From Candidatus Latescibacterota bacterium (GTDB lineage Bacteria; Latescibacterota; UBA2968; UBA8231): a stretch of DNA of 64,000 bases. Each line of letters begins with the position of its first letter. Position 1 is the stretch's first letter. The notes beneath the pieces were generated by a model. That model was not told the DNA's origin. It saw only the letters and a program-made list of their open reading frames with translations, and did not search any database. The position numbers and the translations under genes were made by a program. Below are positions 32,217 to 42,940 of the stretch, in pieces. Where the stretch lies: the NCBI GenBank assembly GCA_965197905.1, contig CBDAOB010000003.1, positions 864,001 to 928,000 of the forward strand, in the 5' to 3' direction.

Positions 32217-33806
32217 GTGACCCGGCTTGCCGATGTAAACACCACTGACATTCGAGATGCGATCCGCCTCGGCTGCCAGGCTATGGGCAAGGCCTTCAAC
32301 TCGGACGACGGCGACATTCCGTACCGAGGCGCGTCCATCCGTCCCATCGCCAAGCTCGGCGGTAGCTCAGAATCCCACACGCCCGGTCGCCACCTTAATG
32401 CCTTGCTCAACGCGGAGGACGCAGCGGGCATATCTATCGATGAGTCAGTCATCGAGAACCACACCCGGGCGGCGATGTACTCTTATTCCCGCGCACCCCT
32501 GCCGCTACAACGGGTACGGGACCTAGAGGGGATGGGCTACGGAGAACCGGTTGAGCTGGAGGATCACGATCTTCGCGAAGGGTTCCACGCCCTCACGGCG
32601 TTGGTCCGGTTCCGCGGCTCAGAGAAAGCCCGAGTTCTAGCAGAAGACAGCATTCAAGCTGTCCTCGACTACTGGATTCCAGATGAACGCTGGAACCTGG
32701 AAGCTCTTCGAGAACAGTTTCAGATGACGGAGAGGAAGCCTGGCTACCAGACCTTCATCCAACGACTCGCCCGTTCAATCGGTCCCCTGGTCAAACTCTA
32801 CAACGTCACCGCGCATCAACCGGCGCTCGATCTCGCGATCGCATTGAAGGAGAAGGCGATTCGGGAATTTTTCACCGAGGAGGGTGATTTTTCCACCGAG
32901 CTGTTTGGCGCCCATGCGCATTCCACGACATGCGTCATGTCCTCTCTGGCGCAACTCGCCGATCTTACCGACGATCGAGTTCTGTTGCAGCGGGTGAAGT
33001 CGTTCTATGACAACGGGTTGTGGCAGATGCGGGATCAGGTCGGATGGTCCATCGAAAACACGCGGACCGAAGACAACTGCGGTCGTGGGGAAGCCAACAA
33101 TACGGGAGACATCGTGGAGACCGCTTTGCTCCTGGCGCGCAATGCAGATACGGATTATTACGCTGACGCCGAGCGCATTCTGCGCTCTCATCTGCTGCCC
33201 TCGCAGTTGCGTGACGTCTCCTTTGTGATCGAGCCGGACAATCCGAACGGTCTTGACGGATTGCGCAACGTAGCCGAGCGGCTCCGAGGCGGGTTTGGCT
33301 TTCCCGCCCAGTATGGCCACGAACCGGCCGGCATCTGGGAATCGAATAAGCCGCGCATCGATTTCAATCTGGATATTGTCGGTGGTGCCGTCGATTCCCT
33401 TTGCGCCGCCTATCGGGCAGTGACCCGATCGGACGAAACCGGTCACTGGATCAACATGCTATTCGATCACCAATCCCCGGATCTGGAGGTGCGGTCGCCC
33501 TATAGCCACAAACGGCTACAGGTGAGCCTCAAGCGGCCCGGACCGCTGCACGTGCGGGGCATACCTGGTCTGGCCGTCGCGCCGGTTGGCATCGATTCGT
33601 CTGATGTCCCGCGCCTCGAAAACGGTTCTCTGGTCATCGACGATCCGGACGTGGGCAAGTGGATCGAGTTCGAATGCGAATTGCCCATCCACGACGAGCT
33701 CTTGACCTGGGAGGGCACCGAAACCCGCGCCCGGTTCAGGGGTGATGAGGTGGTCGCCATGGAGAATTTTGGCACGGACCTGACCTTCTTCGAATCCCTG
33801 GACTGA
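32217..33806 (+). CDS. Hypothetical protein, GH127-like (alpha/alpha)6-barrel plus beta domain
   Basis: GEANNTGD...YYADAERILRSHLLPSQ resembles the GH127/146 core; C-terminal VRSPY..L.V. Confidence 0.5.
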   Translation: MTRLADVNTTDIRDAIRLGCQAMGKAFNSDDGDIPYRGASIRPIAKLGGSSESHTPGRHLNALLNAEDAAGISIDESVIENHTRAAMYSYSRAPLPLQRVRDLEGMGYGEPVELEDHDLREGFHALTALVRFRGSEKARVLAEDSIQAVLDYWIPDERWNLEALREQFQMTERKPGYQTFIQRLARSIGPLVKLYNVTAHQPALDLAIALKEKAIREFFTEEGDFSTELFGAHAHSTTCVMSSLAQLADLTDDRVLLQRVKSFYDNGLWQMRDQVGWSIENTRTEDNCGRGEANNTGDIVETALLLARNADTDYYADAERILRSHLLPSQLRDVSFVIEPDNPNGLDGLRNVAERLRGGFGFPAQYGHEPAGIWESNKPRIDFNLDIVGGAVDSLCAAYRAVTRSDETGHWINMLFDHQSPDLEVRSPYSHKRLQVSLKRPGPLHVRGIPGLAVAPVGIDSSDVPRLENGSLVIDDPDVGKWIEFECELPIHDELLTWEGTETRARFRGDEVVAMENFGTDLTFFESLD

Positions 33807-33808
33807 CC

Positions 33809-35701
33809 TTGCAATACCGGATTCCACAGCAGGTCTATCCCGAAGATCCAAGACTCAATCAGAGCGGAGACGACCGTCCAAACACCGGGCTGCGCGAGGG
33901 CAACATTCCGCACAGCGAAGTCAACGACACCATCCGCACCTGCGCGAAAACCGTGATCTTCGGACAGCAGACGCGTTTGCGGAACGGCGAGCTCCTGCCC
34001 GATCAAAAGCTGCCCCGTTTCCACGCGGGCCACGATCTGGTCAAATTCTTTTATAGCGCCGTGCGTCAATTACCGCCCTATCTAATCGATGCCCTGCTGG
34101 AGAACAATGTCAGTGTCACGCTGGTCCAAGGCCCCTCGTTGCTGGTATTCCACGATTCCCGTGAGCACCAGTCATTCCACATGGGCCGCACCCGTAGGAC
34201 ACTCTACATCCCCGAAAAAATATTGCGAGAGGCCGCCGACAAAGGGTACGATTATTGGGCGATCAGTGAGGTTCTCATCCAGGAATCGTTGCCGCTACTC
34301 AATTACATTCTACTCTTGGAGACCATCCGTCGGATTCAAGAACATCTCAAGATCCATCTCACCATCGGGTATTACATCATCGCGGATACGCTCCGACGCT
34401 TCAACCACCATCTGGTCGACAACGAGGAGAAGGACGAGGACGAGTTTCGCATCTTCTTTCGCTACTACGCGGACGCCCTCTACAGCTTGAAACCATCGGA
34501 TCTTAAACGGGATCCGTATCTCATAGTCGACGACATGATCGACGAAAAGCGCGAGCGTTTCTGGGCCCAGCTCAAGCTGCATGACATCTGCGACGTCTAC
34601 CGCTATCCCACCTACTTCGCCGTCGACCGGGACATCTGCCACGGCGCCGCGTTTCGATTGGCTCGAGAAATCTCGTTGCCTCTTGAACCGGAGACCATCG
34701 ACGATGTGATGCACGATCTTTGGGATGAGGGTCGTTTCAAGCTCAGTCGTTCAGTCAAGACCGAAGAACTGTTGGAGCAGCTCATCCGAATTGGTGCCGA
34801 TGGGATTACCGCATTCGTGGCGGTGGTAGCTGAAGAGATCGTCGGGGGTTACGCTTACGTTACGGCCAACCGCATGGATGGCTTCAACATTGCCGCGGGG
34901 TTCAAACGCATGCTGCAGTCGTATTCCACCACCCGCCGTGCGGATCTTCCAGGTTGTCTAGGATTTCACTTCAAGGCGCTTACGGAATATTTTATGGAGC
35001 AAAAGCGGTACGAATTCTTCGAGCACTTCAAGGAGATGGAGCCGCGAGCGCAAGAAGAGAACCTGGTGGAGATACGTCAGCTACTCTACCGTGTCATAGA
35101 AGTACGGCTGCGCCCTTCTCAGGCTCCCGACTTCAAGCGCCGGGTGGAGCTTGCGGACAGTGCCCGGGTTCTAATCGACACCGGGGAGGGATTGCTTCGA
35201 AAACCGGAGGAGAAGCAGGCCACGATAGCGATCTGCGGTCTGCTGGCCAAACTCGATCGCCACCCGCTCTATCATACGCTATTGCTTGAACAGTTCCGCG
35301 AGCTGTCCGGAAATGACGCGGTGGTCCTGAAGGAGCATCTTGCCCCGGAAATAGAGCGACTTGCCGAGTACCTACCCTCGCCCCTCCACGACTACAGCGC
35401 AGATCCACACGGTGTCACCTCCCGTTACCGAAAATTCGAAGAGGTGCGCCGATTCGATCCGAACAGTGCGGAGCTCTTGGAGCTGCTGGCGGCACTATTC
35501 GTGCGACTCGATCGGGCGGAAAACTACGACGAGCTGGTGGAACAAACCCGAGCTCTTGGAGAATACGCGGTGCCGGCGTTGCAGGAGGTTGTCGAGAATA
35601 CCGATCTCTTTGGCGACAACCTCCGGGGGGGGATTCGCGACCAGTGCAAGGAGCTGTTGGATGAGCTGTCGGCCCGGGAGCCGACGGCGCAGGCGAACTA
35701 G
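33809..35701 (+). CDS. Hypothetical helical protein (630 aa)
   Basis: Long ORF, TTG start coupled to upstream stop; no family recognised. Confidence 0.7.
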   Translation: MQYRIPQQVYPEDPRLNQSGDDRPNTGLREGNIPHSEVNDTIRTCAKTVIFGQQTRLRNGELLPDQKLPRFHAGHDLVKFFYSAVRQLPPYLIDALLENNVSVTLVQGPSLLVFHDSREHQSFHMGRTRRTLYIPEKILREAADKGYDYWAISEVLIQESLPLLNYILLLETIRRIQEHLKIHLTIGYYIIADTLRRFNHHLVDNEEKDEDEFRIFFRYYADALYSLKPSDLKRDPYLIVDDMIDEKRERFWAQLKLHDICDVYRYPTYFAVDRDICHGAAFRLAREISLPLEPETIDDVMHDLWDEGRFKLSRSVKTEELLEQLIRIGADGITAFVAVVAEEIVGGYAYVTANRMDGFNIAAGFKRMLQSYSTTRRADLPGCLGFHFKALTEYFMEQKRYEFFEHFKEMEPRAQEENLVEIRQLLYRVIEVRLRPSQAPDFKRRVELADSARVLIDTGEGLLRKPEEKQATIAICGLLAKLDRHPLYHTLLLEQFRELSGNDAVVLKEHLAPEIERLAEYLPSPLHDYSADPHGVTSRYRKFEEVRRFDPNSAELLELLAALFVRLDRAENYDELVEQTRALGEYAVPALQEVVENTDLFGDNLRGGIRDQCKELLDELSAREPTAQAN

Positions 35702-36450
35702 CAGGCCGTCGCTGTGGCTCTTACTTGACCTACGCATCGGCGCAGCGCCGGGACCGGGTCCTTCACATCCCCTTCATATTCGATCACCACATATCCGACC
35801 TTGGCATTCGATTCGAGGTGTTCCGTTAAGCCGCCGAGATCGAGATTTCCCGTTCCCACCACCACGTCCTCCGGAACACGGCCGCGATCGAAAACGAAGT
35901 CCTTGATATGCACGCCGTAGAGCCGGTCGCCAAAGTGCTCAGCCAGCGCGAGCGGATCCTCGCCGGCGTCCAGGGCCCAGGCAGTGTCGAGGCAGAATCC
36001 AATGCGCTCGGAGGAAGCTGAAAAGAGGTAGTCGAGCATCTGTTTCGATCCCAGCCAATGGCGGCCACCATGGTTGTGCACGCAAAGATGGAGATCGTAA
36101 TCCTCCGCCATCTCTGTCGCCGTCTGCCAGCTGGCGGGAGAGGAATCGGGCAGAAAGTGGACACTTATGAAACTAGCTCCGGCGAGTCGAGCGAACTCGA
36201 AAATGGGGCGCTCCACCTCGCGGTCGCCACGCAGGGTTTCGACCCCGATGCTGACGATCTCGATGCCGGCCTTGTGGTATTCATCCACGACGCCCTGATG
36301 AGAATCCACATCGTCGAAGTCGGTGTGTACTCGGCATAGCTCGACAGCGGCAACTTCACACCGTTTTAGACCGTCGATCACTTCTGGGTGGGTTGAAAAA
36401 CCTCGAAAACAATAACTCTGGATGCCCAGCTGTTTGGATATGGATTTCAC
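35698..36450 (-). CDS. Sugar phosphate isomerase/epimerase (AP endonuclease 2 TIM barrel)
   Basis: GIQSYCFR, VHNHG, CLDTAW, HIKD, IEYE. Confidence 0.9.
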   Translation of the reverse strand: MKSISKQLGIQSYCFRGFSTHPEVIDGLKRCEVAAVELCRVHTDFDDVDSHQGVVDEYHKAGIEIVSIGVETLRGDREVERPIFEFARLAGASFISVHFLPDSSPASWQTATEMAEDYDLHLCVHNHGGRHWLGSKQMLDYLFSASSERIGFCLDTAWALDAGEDPLALAEHFGDRLYGVHIKDFVFDRGRVPEDVVVGTGNLDLGGLTEHLESNAKVGYVVIEYEGDVKDPVPALRRCVGQVRATATAC

Positions 36451-36454
36451 GAAC

Positions 36455-38544
36455 TCACTTTTTCTCCGGTAAGATTTTTGTTGCTGAAGTCTGAGGATTC
36501 GAGTGGCCCCAGTAGGTGCGAAGGATGTTGGAGGCTGCGTTCGCCTGAATGCCTCGTGTCACAAGATTTCGTAGGTCATTGGCGCCGCCGATCTGTTCCC
36601 CTTCGAGTGCTCCGTGGATCTCAACGGCTTCAGAATAGGTATTCTCTGCCCGTTCAACATCTCCCAAGGCGAGATAGCTGAGGGCCAGGTTGAAATGCGC
36701 ATGGCTACTGGGGGTTGATTGCAGTACCTGGCGAAACTGGCCGATGGCACCTTCCAGATTCCCCGCTTCGAAGAACGACCAGCCTAGGTTGACGCGGGCC
36801 TTGACATTGGCAGGGTCCCACCTCAGGGCTTGGGCAAAGGCATCTACAGCCGCCTTCTGGTCATTCTGCAGCCAATATTTAACGCCGAGCTGGACGTAAG
36901 CCTGCCCAAGCGCGCGCCGCGTCATCGCTCGCTGAGGAGCGTAATGCAATGCTTGTGTCAACGCGCGTACAGCCCGACGAGGTTGATCGTATCGGGAATA
37001 CCCGACGCCCATATTGTAATACGCGGCCGACAGATTGCGATCGAAATCTATCGCGAAACCAGCTGTCTGTGCCCGTCTCGAGGTCGAATCGATCCACGCT
37101 CTCCAATGAGCACTGTCGGGACTTGAAGTTTCCAAAAGATAAACGGCGCCCAGGGCCGTCAGCCACAAATTGTCGGGAAAACGATCGGTAGCTTTCTGCA
37201 GGACGGGTCCCGGGTCATCACCCAAATAGAGAAGGGCATAGGACAACCTCGCGTAAGCGTCTGCCAGGGGAATCGTCGACGGGCTATGGTTAACTGCACG
37301 GCGCAGTTGCTGCGCCCCGAGGGCATTGTCACCATTGCTGATGTAACTGCGCCCCGATGTATACAACCCTAAAGCTTCCACCCGCTTGAGGCTCTCGAAG
37401 CTCGACACCATGAGGATGAAATAACACAACATGATCGCCGGTTGATAGAGCCGTCCGACCTTCGAAAACAAATATCGCAAGAGCCAAGCGAGGAGAACGG
37501 AGGTTCCGGCACTGGCGCCGTATAGATAGCGAGACGGTCCCGAGGGCAGGTCGAGCACGATTCGTTCGTTGAGCAGCGAAAACGGCAACAGACTCAGCAG
37601 CACCCACAACGCCCAGAGGCGGAGTCCGTGGTTTCCTCGAGTGACCAACGGAATCAACAGCACCACCAGCAGCCCGAAGCCGACGTAGAGTTCCCAGGGG
37701 TGCCGCGTATAGAGGGCCATGGGAACCCAGTGCGCGGTGGTAACCAGCCGACTCAACAACCACAGTAGAACACCGGTCGCCCCTCCGATGGTGGAACTCG
37801 AGCTCTTCGCCGAATAGCCGTACGACTCTATGGCCTGCCAAGTGCTGGTCTCGTCGGCCGCCCAAAGGAGCCCGAGTAAGATTGCGGGTACACTTACGCA
37901 TCCGCCCCACGCGAAAAGACGAAGAGACCCTCGGACGTCGCCCCGCCGCTGCCAGTACCAGAAGGCGCAAAGCGGCCAGACGACAGCTGCGGACAGGTGC
38001 GAGAGGGTGCCGAGGGCGAGGCATGCCAGCCACGGACCCCTCCACAACGGTCGATTCTCAAATACCAGAACCCGAACGAAATCAGGAAAGCCAGGGCCAA
38101 CGATAGCGCCAGCGGATAGTCCATCGCCGAGATGTACTGCACCGCCTGGAAATGACCGACGTTCACGAAAAAAAGCAACGCGGCGCACCAGCTGAAGTCC
38201 CGGCTTTCCCCTAACTGCCGAATCCAAACGGCAAGTAGCACTGTCGCCAAGCCATGCAAACATACCGACAACAGGTGGAACCACTTGGGATCGTTCCCGA
38301 AGGCGAGAAACGCAAGCCACTTCGTCAGCTCGGCGGTTGGCCTTCCTGATGGAACCTCCTTCTCCGAAGAGAAGAAAAAGGAGAAATCATTGCTGATGGC
38401 GACATTGTCGCGAAATGTTTCCGCATCGTGAGTGTCGAGGAGGTGATCGGCCAGTGCGCCGAAATAGATCCATCCGCAAGCGCCAACCGCGATCAGGAAT
38501 GGAAGACAATAAAGGTAGGCAGATTTTCTTGGACTTTTGGTCAC
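36455..38544 (-). pseudogene. TMTC-like membrane glycosyltransferase (GT-C) plus C-terminal TPR protein, frameshifted near 38040-38075
   Basis: Frame 1 (38544 to ~38050): LLDTHD, RPT, FHLLSVCLH, AALLFFV..HFQAVQYISA. Frame 2 continues with TM helices, SRYLY and TPRs (YYNMG, VNLG, HFNLAL). Confidence 0.7.
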
Positions 38545-38588
38545 GACGCATTCTTAGACGAGGAAGAGCACACCTCTGGTACAAGCTC

Positions 38589-40268
38589 TTACTTCCAGGC
38601 GTGAGTCGCAATGTCCAGCCGGAGCTTACTCTTCGAGCGAAGTCGCAGCTGTGCCGTGTCAAACACGACAGGTGAGGTAGCGGACTCGCCCCTTTTCTCC
38701 ACGACTATTTCCAGCCGATTTTCACCGCGTTTTACCTGCCCGGCATCGAGGTGTCCTTCCAGCCATTGACCCTGTTGTGGATTCCTTCCTGGATCCGCGG
38801 GTTCAAGACCATCGATCGACACTCCGTTCAGTTTCACTGCGATGTCATCACCAGGAACGTGATTCCACAGGTGGATGCGGAAATCGGTGCTGTGAGAGCG
38901 GGCAGCACTCACATCCTCGCCCACCTGAAAGCCGACGGCAAAGGAGACGCCAGGCTCCAGGTCCACTTCCTCCACGTGATGGAAGCTGCTTTCGCCTTCG
39001 AACCGGTCGACGCCATAGATACGGTCCTTTCCCGCCATCGTCTCCACCTCGCCGATCTCGAACCACCACTGGGGTTCGCCGAGGGCCGGGTTGAAGATGT
39101 AGAGCCCATCGGCGCCGGCGTTGAACAAGTTCATGGCAGCGCCGCGCCAGGAAGGAAAGGTGCCCTCCCACGCATTGAATACCAGGATGTACGACGGTAA
39201 GCCCGTGCGGTCCACCTGCCCCCCGTACAGGGTTTCGAGCCAATCGGCGTACTGACGGAAGCGGCCGTCATTGTGATCCAGGTACACCCAGCGATCCCAG
39301 AATGCCCACGAGATGCACGGGTAGACAGGAATCTCGTACTTGTGTCCCAACTCGATAATCTCGGTATAGGAATCGCGAAAGACCGACTCTTGGCTGCCGC
39401 CGGGGCAGAACTGGTCGATCAAATCTTCCTTCAGCCAGGTCTCAAGATCGACCCCGGCGTGGATGCAGTCCTCCAAGCTGAACGGCGTGTGGGCGGACAG
39501 CAGCAAGGGGCGGCCACGACGTTCGCCTACTTCGTCAGCCATGCGCCGGATGCGGCGCAAGAGATCGTTCATTATCTCCATGTGCTCTGGGGTGACCGGA
39601 TCTCCGCCCAGCGACTCGCGGAAGAACGGCCAGTATTTGAAGAACTCCATGCCGATAAGGTCCACATCGTAGTTCTGAGCCACCTCCTCGATGATGGCGA
39701 AGATGTGCTCGCGCACCTCCGGCTTGGCGAAATCCAATCGCGTCCATTGCCCGTGCAAGCGGTGTTGACCGTGCTTCTCCCAGGCGCCTTCCTCACCCAT
39801 CAAACAGTCGGGATGCTCTCGTTTGAACGGCGCGATCCCGTAGGTCCAGCGGCGGCTTCCAGGCGGAAAGGCGTCGTGGACATCGTTCATACGCAGGCAC
39901 CATGCGGCTTCCATGCCGTGCTCGCGGCTGAAGTCCAGCTGAATCTCGAGGGTGTCGCGCCCGTACTTCTCCACCAGCTCCAACGGAACTTCTTTGCCGT
40001 AAAAGCCACCGAGCTTGGTGTGATGGGAGAAGGTCAAACCGGCCATGGCGCTGGCGAACCAGTTGCTGTCCACCTGCGACCCGATCAGGGGGGTGCTGCG
40101 GGCGTCGAGGAAATCCTGAACCAGGTCTCCACTCGAGCGCACCATGAGGGATTCGGCGACGTCGTGCCCGTGCTCGACTCCGGAGCGGGCTTCCAACGCA
40201 TCGTCGCCGTCGTTGTTGTAAATAATCCGGCGTCTCCGCCAGCGTGCTTTCTCTCGTGCCGCGTCCAT
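38589..40268 (-). CDS. GHL10/family-10-like glycoside hydrolase TIM-barrel protein
   Basis: RRIIYNNDGDD, LRMNDVHD, LDFAKPEVR, YDVD...EF, GADGLYIFN. Confidence 0.75.
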   Translation of the reverse strand: MDAAREKARWRRRRIIYNNDGDDALEARSGVEHGHDVAESLMVRSSGDLVQDFLDARSTPLIGSQVDSNWFASAMAGLTFSHHTKLGGFYGKEVPLELVEKYGRDTLEIQLDFSREHGMEAAWCLRMNDVHDAFPPGSRRWTYGIAPFKREHPDCLMGEEGAWEKHGQHRLHGQWTRLDFAKPEVREHIFAIIEEVAQNYDVDLIGMEFFKYWPFFRESLGGDPVTPEHMEIMNDLLRRIRRMADEVGERRGRPLLLSAHTPFSLEDCIHAGVDLETWLKEDLIDQFCPGGSQESVFRDSYTEIIELGHKYEIPVYPCISWAFWDRWVYLDHNDGRFRQYADWLETLYGGQVDRTGLPSYILVFNAWEGTFPSWRGAAMNLFNAGADGLYIFNPALGEPQWWFEIGEVETMAGKDRIYGVDRFEGESSFHHVEEVDLEPGVSFAVGFQVGEDVSAARSHSTDFRIHLWNHVPGDDIAVKLNGVSIDGLEPADPGRNPQQGQWLEGHLDAGQVKRGENRLEIVVEKRGESATSPVVFDTAQLRLRSKSKLRLDIATHAWK

Positions 40269-40294
40269 TTATTCAGCTCCCTTCGCCGTCGCCT

Positions 40295-41206
40295 TCAGGA
40301 CGGCATTTCCAGTTTTTCCGGGTCGATAACGCACCACTTGTGCCGGCCGCCACGACCGGCGCCGTCGAGCAGCTCGGGGCTCGTAACAACGGTCCCGAAT
40401 TCGAGTGGGGTCATGAAGTCGGTTTCCCCTTCCGGCGTCCGGAAGATGTTGTAGTCCTCGTGCGCCTCCTCCTGCGCAAGATCCGCTAAATCGCGCATGC
40501 GAAAACGCCGCACGGCGCTGTTGCCTATCGCCGCCAGACCGACCCGGCCCCGATCCTCGAGCATGCGGCCGAGGCGGTTGAAGTCGGGATGGCGCGAGCC
40601 GTAGTATCCTCCATCACTAGGTTTGGGCTGGTAATCGATCATCGGTTGCTCGTAGACAGTTCCATCGTCGCGGCGCACCTTCGCAGTCATGTCGATGGTA
40701 TGCCGGTAGGGCACATCGCAGAGAAATTCGGCGAAGTGATGGCTTGTGGAGCTGGCGTAGGTCAACCCCAGCATGACCACCTGCGTTCCCAACCCCAGCA
40801 TTACACCGAAACAGGAGCGGGGGTCGAACGCGGAATTCGCGGGGTCAACCTGGGTTATGACTTCGGCCCTGCGACCGATGGCAGCGAAGCTATGTCGATA
40901 CGCGGTGCTGCGCAGCGCTTTGGGCCGGCGACGCGCTGCTTCTGTGATGGCGCCCATCTCTGATGGATCCGAGGCGGGATCGATAATCGGATCCTCTTCG
41001 CCTTCGTGGGCAAAGGTGAACGTGGGAACGATCAATGTACCGCGCTCGCCAAGAATCTCGAGCAAGACATCTACAACGGTGTCGGCACCGCCCTCGACAC
41101 GACCCATGGTGCGCATCGCCGTATGCACCAGTACCGTATCGCCCTCCTGCAGGCCGAGGCGACGGAAGCCCTCGGCGATTTCACTGCGTGTCAGTTCCCT
41201 TGCCAT
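40295..41206 (-). CDS. AAC(3)/YokD family N-acetyltransferase
   Basis: LGLQEGDTVLVH, GTLIVPTF, MGAITE, HSFAAIG, STSHHFAE. Confidence 0.88.
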   Translation of the reverse strand: MARELTRSEIAEGFRRLGLQEGDTVLVHTAMRTMGRVEGGADTVVDVLLEILGERGTLIVPTFTFAHEGEEDPIIDPASDPSEMGAITEAARRRPKALRSTAYRHSFAAIGRRAEVITQVDPANSAFDPRSCFGVMLGLGTQVVMLGLTYASSTSHHFAEFLCDVPYRHTIDMTAKVRRDDGTVYEQPMIDYQPKPSDGGYYGSRHPDFNRLGRMLEDRGRVGLAAIGNSAVRRFRMRDLADLAQEEAHEDYNIFRTPEGETDFMTPLEFGTVVTSPELLDGAGRGGRHKWCVIDPEKLEMPS

Positions 41207-41414
41207 ATCCGAACTCCGTGCTCCAATACCAAGACAGATGGGGGCGGAAACTATCAAAGCTGTGCGGGGCCTGCAACTACAGCGAAGGCCAATCATTTGG
41301 AATCCGCAAAGGTGGATTGCTATTATCTTGGTTCAATCGGCCGCCATGGTTCGCACTTCGTTTATCCTCGCGATCGGCCGAGGGACCCATTCCATCGCAG
41401 ATAGGAGAGCAACA

Positions 41415-42938
41415 GTGAGTAACAATGGCCCTACCCTTAAACCGTTCGTCGACTGGTATGAGATCTGGCCCGGTCAGGCCGGCAGGAGGACGGATGACGA
41501 CGGCAGCTGGCTGCAGGATCCTCCCGAGGGTGTCAGGCTCTCGATTCAGGAGGCACGCCGGTCGGAGCCGATCGTGCGGGCCAAAAAACCGTGGGAGGTG
41601 GATTCGGTCGTCTACCCCTGTGTGATCCACGAAAATGGTCGCTATCGCATGTGGCACTGGTCACAGACGAAGGAGGGCCGGTTCAACTGTTATCAGGAAA
41701 GCGGCGATGGCATGAACTGGGAGCGGCCAGAATTGGGATTGGTCGAATTTCGGGGTTCTACCGCCAATAACCTGATCTCAAGCCACGAAGAGTTTGAGAT
41801 CGATTCCGTCTTTGTCGACCCGACGGCCGGTCCGGAGGAGCGTTACAAAGCGATCTGCCCCAAAACGATCTTCTTTCGCGATGGTGTTCTGGACCCCGAC
41901 ATGGACTGGCCCAAGTTCCGCGAGCTCGGGCAGCAGACCGGAGCCGCAAGCGACCCTACCCGCAATACGATGACCGAGGTCCGCGAACAGTTCGGGGTCT
42001 GGAGGGACAATGTGGTGCTCGGCGCCGTTTCCGCGGATGGTCTGCGCTGGCGTCTTCTGGAGGACCCGCTGGTGAACGTCGGGAGCACGCCGCTGGACAC
42101 GCAAAACGTCGCGGCATTCAACCCTGACACCGGTGAATACCTAGCGTTTCTTCGGGGATTTCCAGAGGAGCCGGAGTACGGTGTTCGCGGACGCCGGGTA
42201 TTGCGTCGGACCGGGGGCAAGGAGTTCGGAAACTGGCATGAGCCGCGGTTTGTGCTGGCCGCCGATCCTCAGGATCCGCCGACCGACGATATATATACGC
42301 CGGCGTACTGTCGCTACCCGGGTGTACCCGGACTCTATCTGATGTTCCCGTCGATCTACCACCGCCTCGATTCGGAGCTCGACGTGCAGCTGGCGATCAG
42401 CCGCGACGGCTGGAGCTGGGCTCGTCCCGAGCGCCGGCCGATCATCACGAGAGAAAGCGGTGACAGCGAGTACGGCATGATCCACGCCGGCCCCAATCTG
42501 GTTCCCTTGAACGACGACGAGTGGGCGGTGGCGTACGACGGACGGTATGGTCGGCACGATCACGGAACTCCGGACGCGCCGTGTGAGATTCGTTGGGCTA
42601 TCTGGCAACGCAACCGACTCGTCGCCCTGGAGGCACCGGTGGAAGGGCGGGTGACCACCATAGGCCGGCCTTGCCACGGCAGCGAGCTGCGCATCAACTT
42701 CCGCACTCAAAGGGCAGGCTGGGTAAAGCTCGAACTGGTTACGCCCCCAACTTTGCCAATTAGCGAGACCAAGGTGCTGGAAGGGTTCAGCGCAGCCGAG
42801 ATGGAGACGCTGACCGGAGACGAGCTCGATAGAGTGGTGACCTGGAACGGAAAGAGCGATCTGTCTGCGTTGAGGGGGATGACGATCTCGGTGCGTCTGC
42901 AGATGGCGCGGGCCGAGGTGTTCTCCCTGGAGTTTTAA
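41415..42938 (+). CDS. GH32-like beta-propeller glycoside hydrolase-like protein
   Basis: AGGAG RBS plus GTG at 41415; ESGDGMNWERPELG, DTQN, QLAISRDGWSW. Confidence 0.75.
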   Translation: MSNNGPTLKPFVDWYEIWPGQAGRRTDDDGSWLQDPPEGVRLSIQEARRSEPIVRAKKPWEVDSVVYPCVIHENGRYRMWHWSQTKEGRFNCYQESGDGMNWERPELGLVEFRGSTANNLISSHEEFEIDSVFVDPTAGPEERYKAICPKTIFFRDGVLDPDMDWPKFRELGQQTGAASDPTRNTMTEVREQFGVWRDNVVLGAVSADGLRWRLLEDPLVNVGSTPLDTQNVAAFNPDTGEYLAFLRGFPEEPEYGVRGRRVLRRTGGKEFGNWHEPRFVLAADPQDPPTDDIYTPAYCRYPGVPGLYLMFPSIYHRLDSELDVQLAISRDGWSWARPERRPIITRESGDSEYGMIHAGPNLVPLNDDEWAVAYDGRYGRHDHGTPDAPCEIRWAIWQRNRLVALEAPVEGRVTTIGRPCHGSELRINFRTQRAGWVKLELVTPPTLPISETKVLEGFSAAEMETLTGDELDRVVTWNGKSDLSALRGMTISVRLQMARAEVFSLEF

Positions 42939-42940
42939 GA

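Noticed and set aside
40295..41206. Aminoglycoside resistance gene
   Set aside because: AAC(3)/YokD fold is widespread; no mobile context, and substrate cannot be inferred
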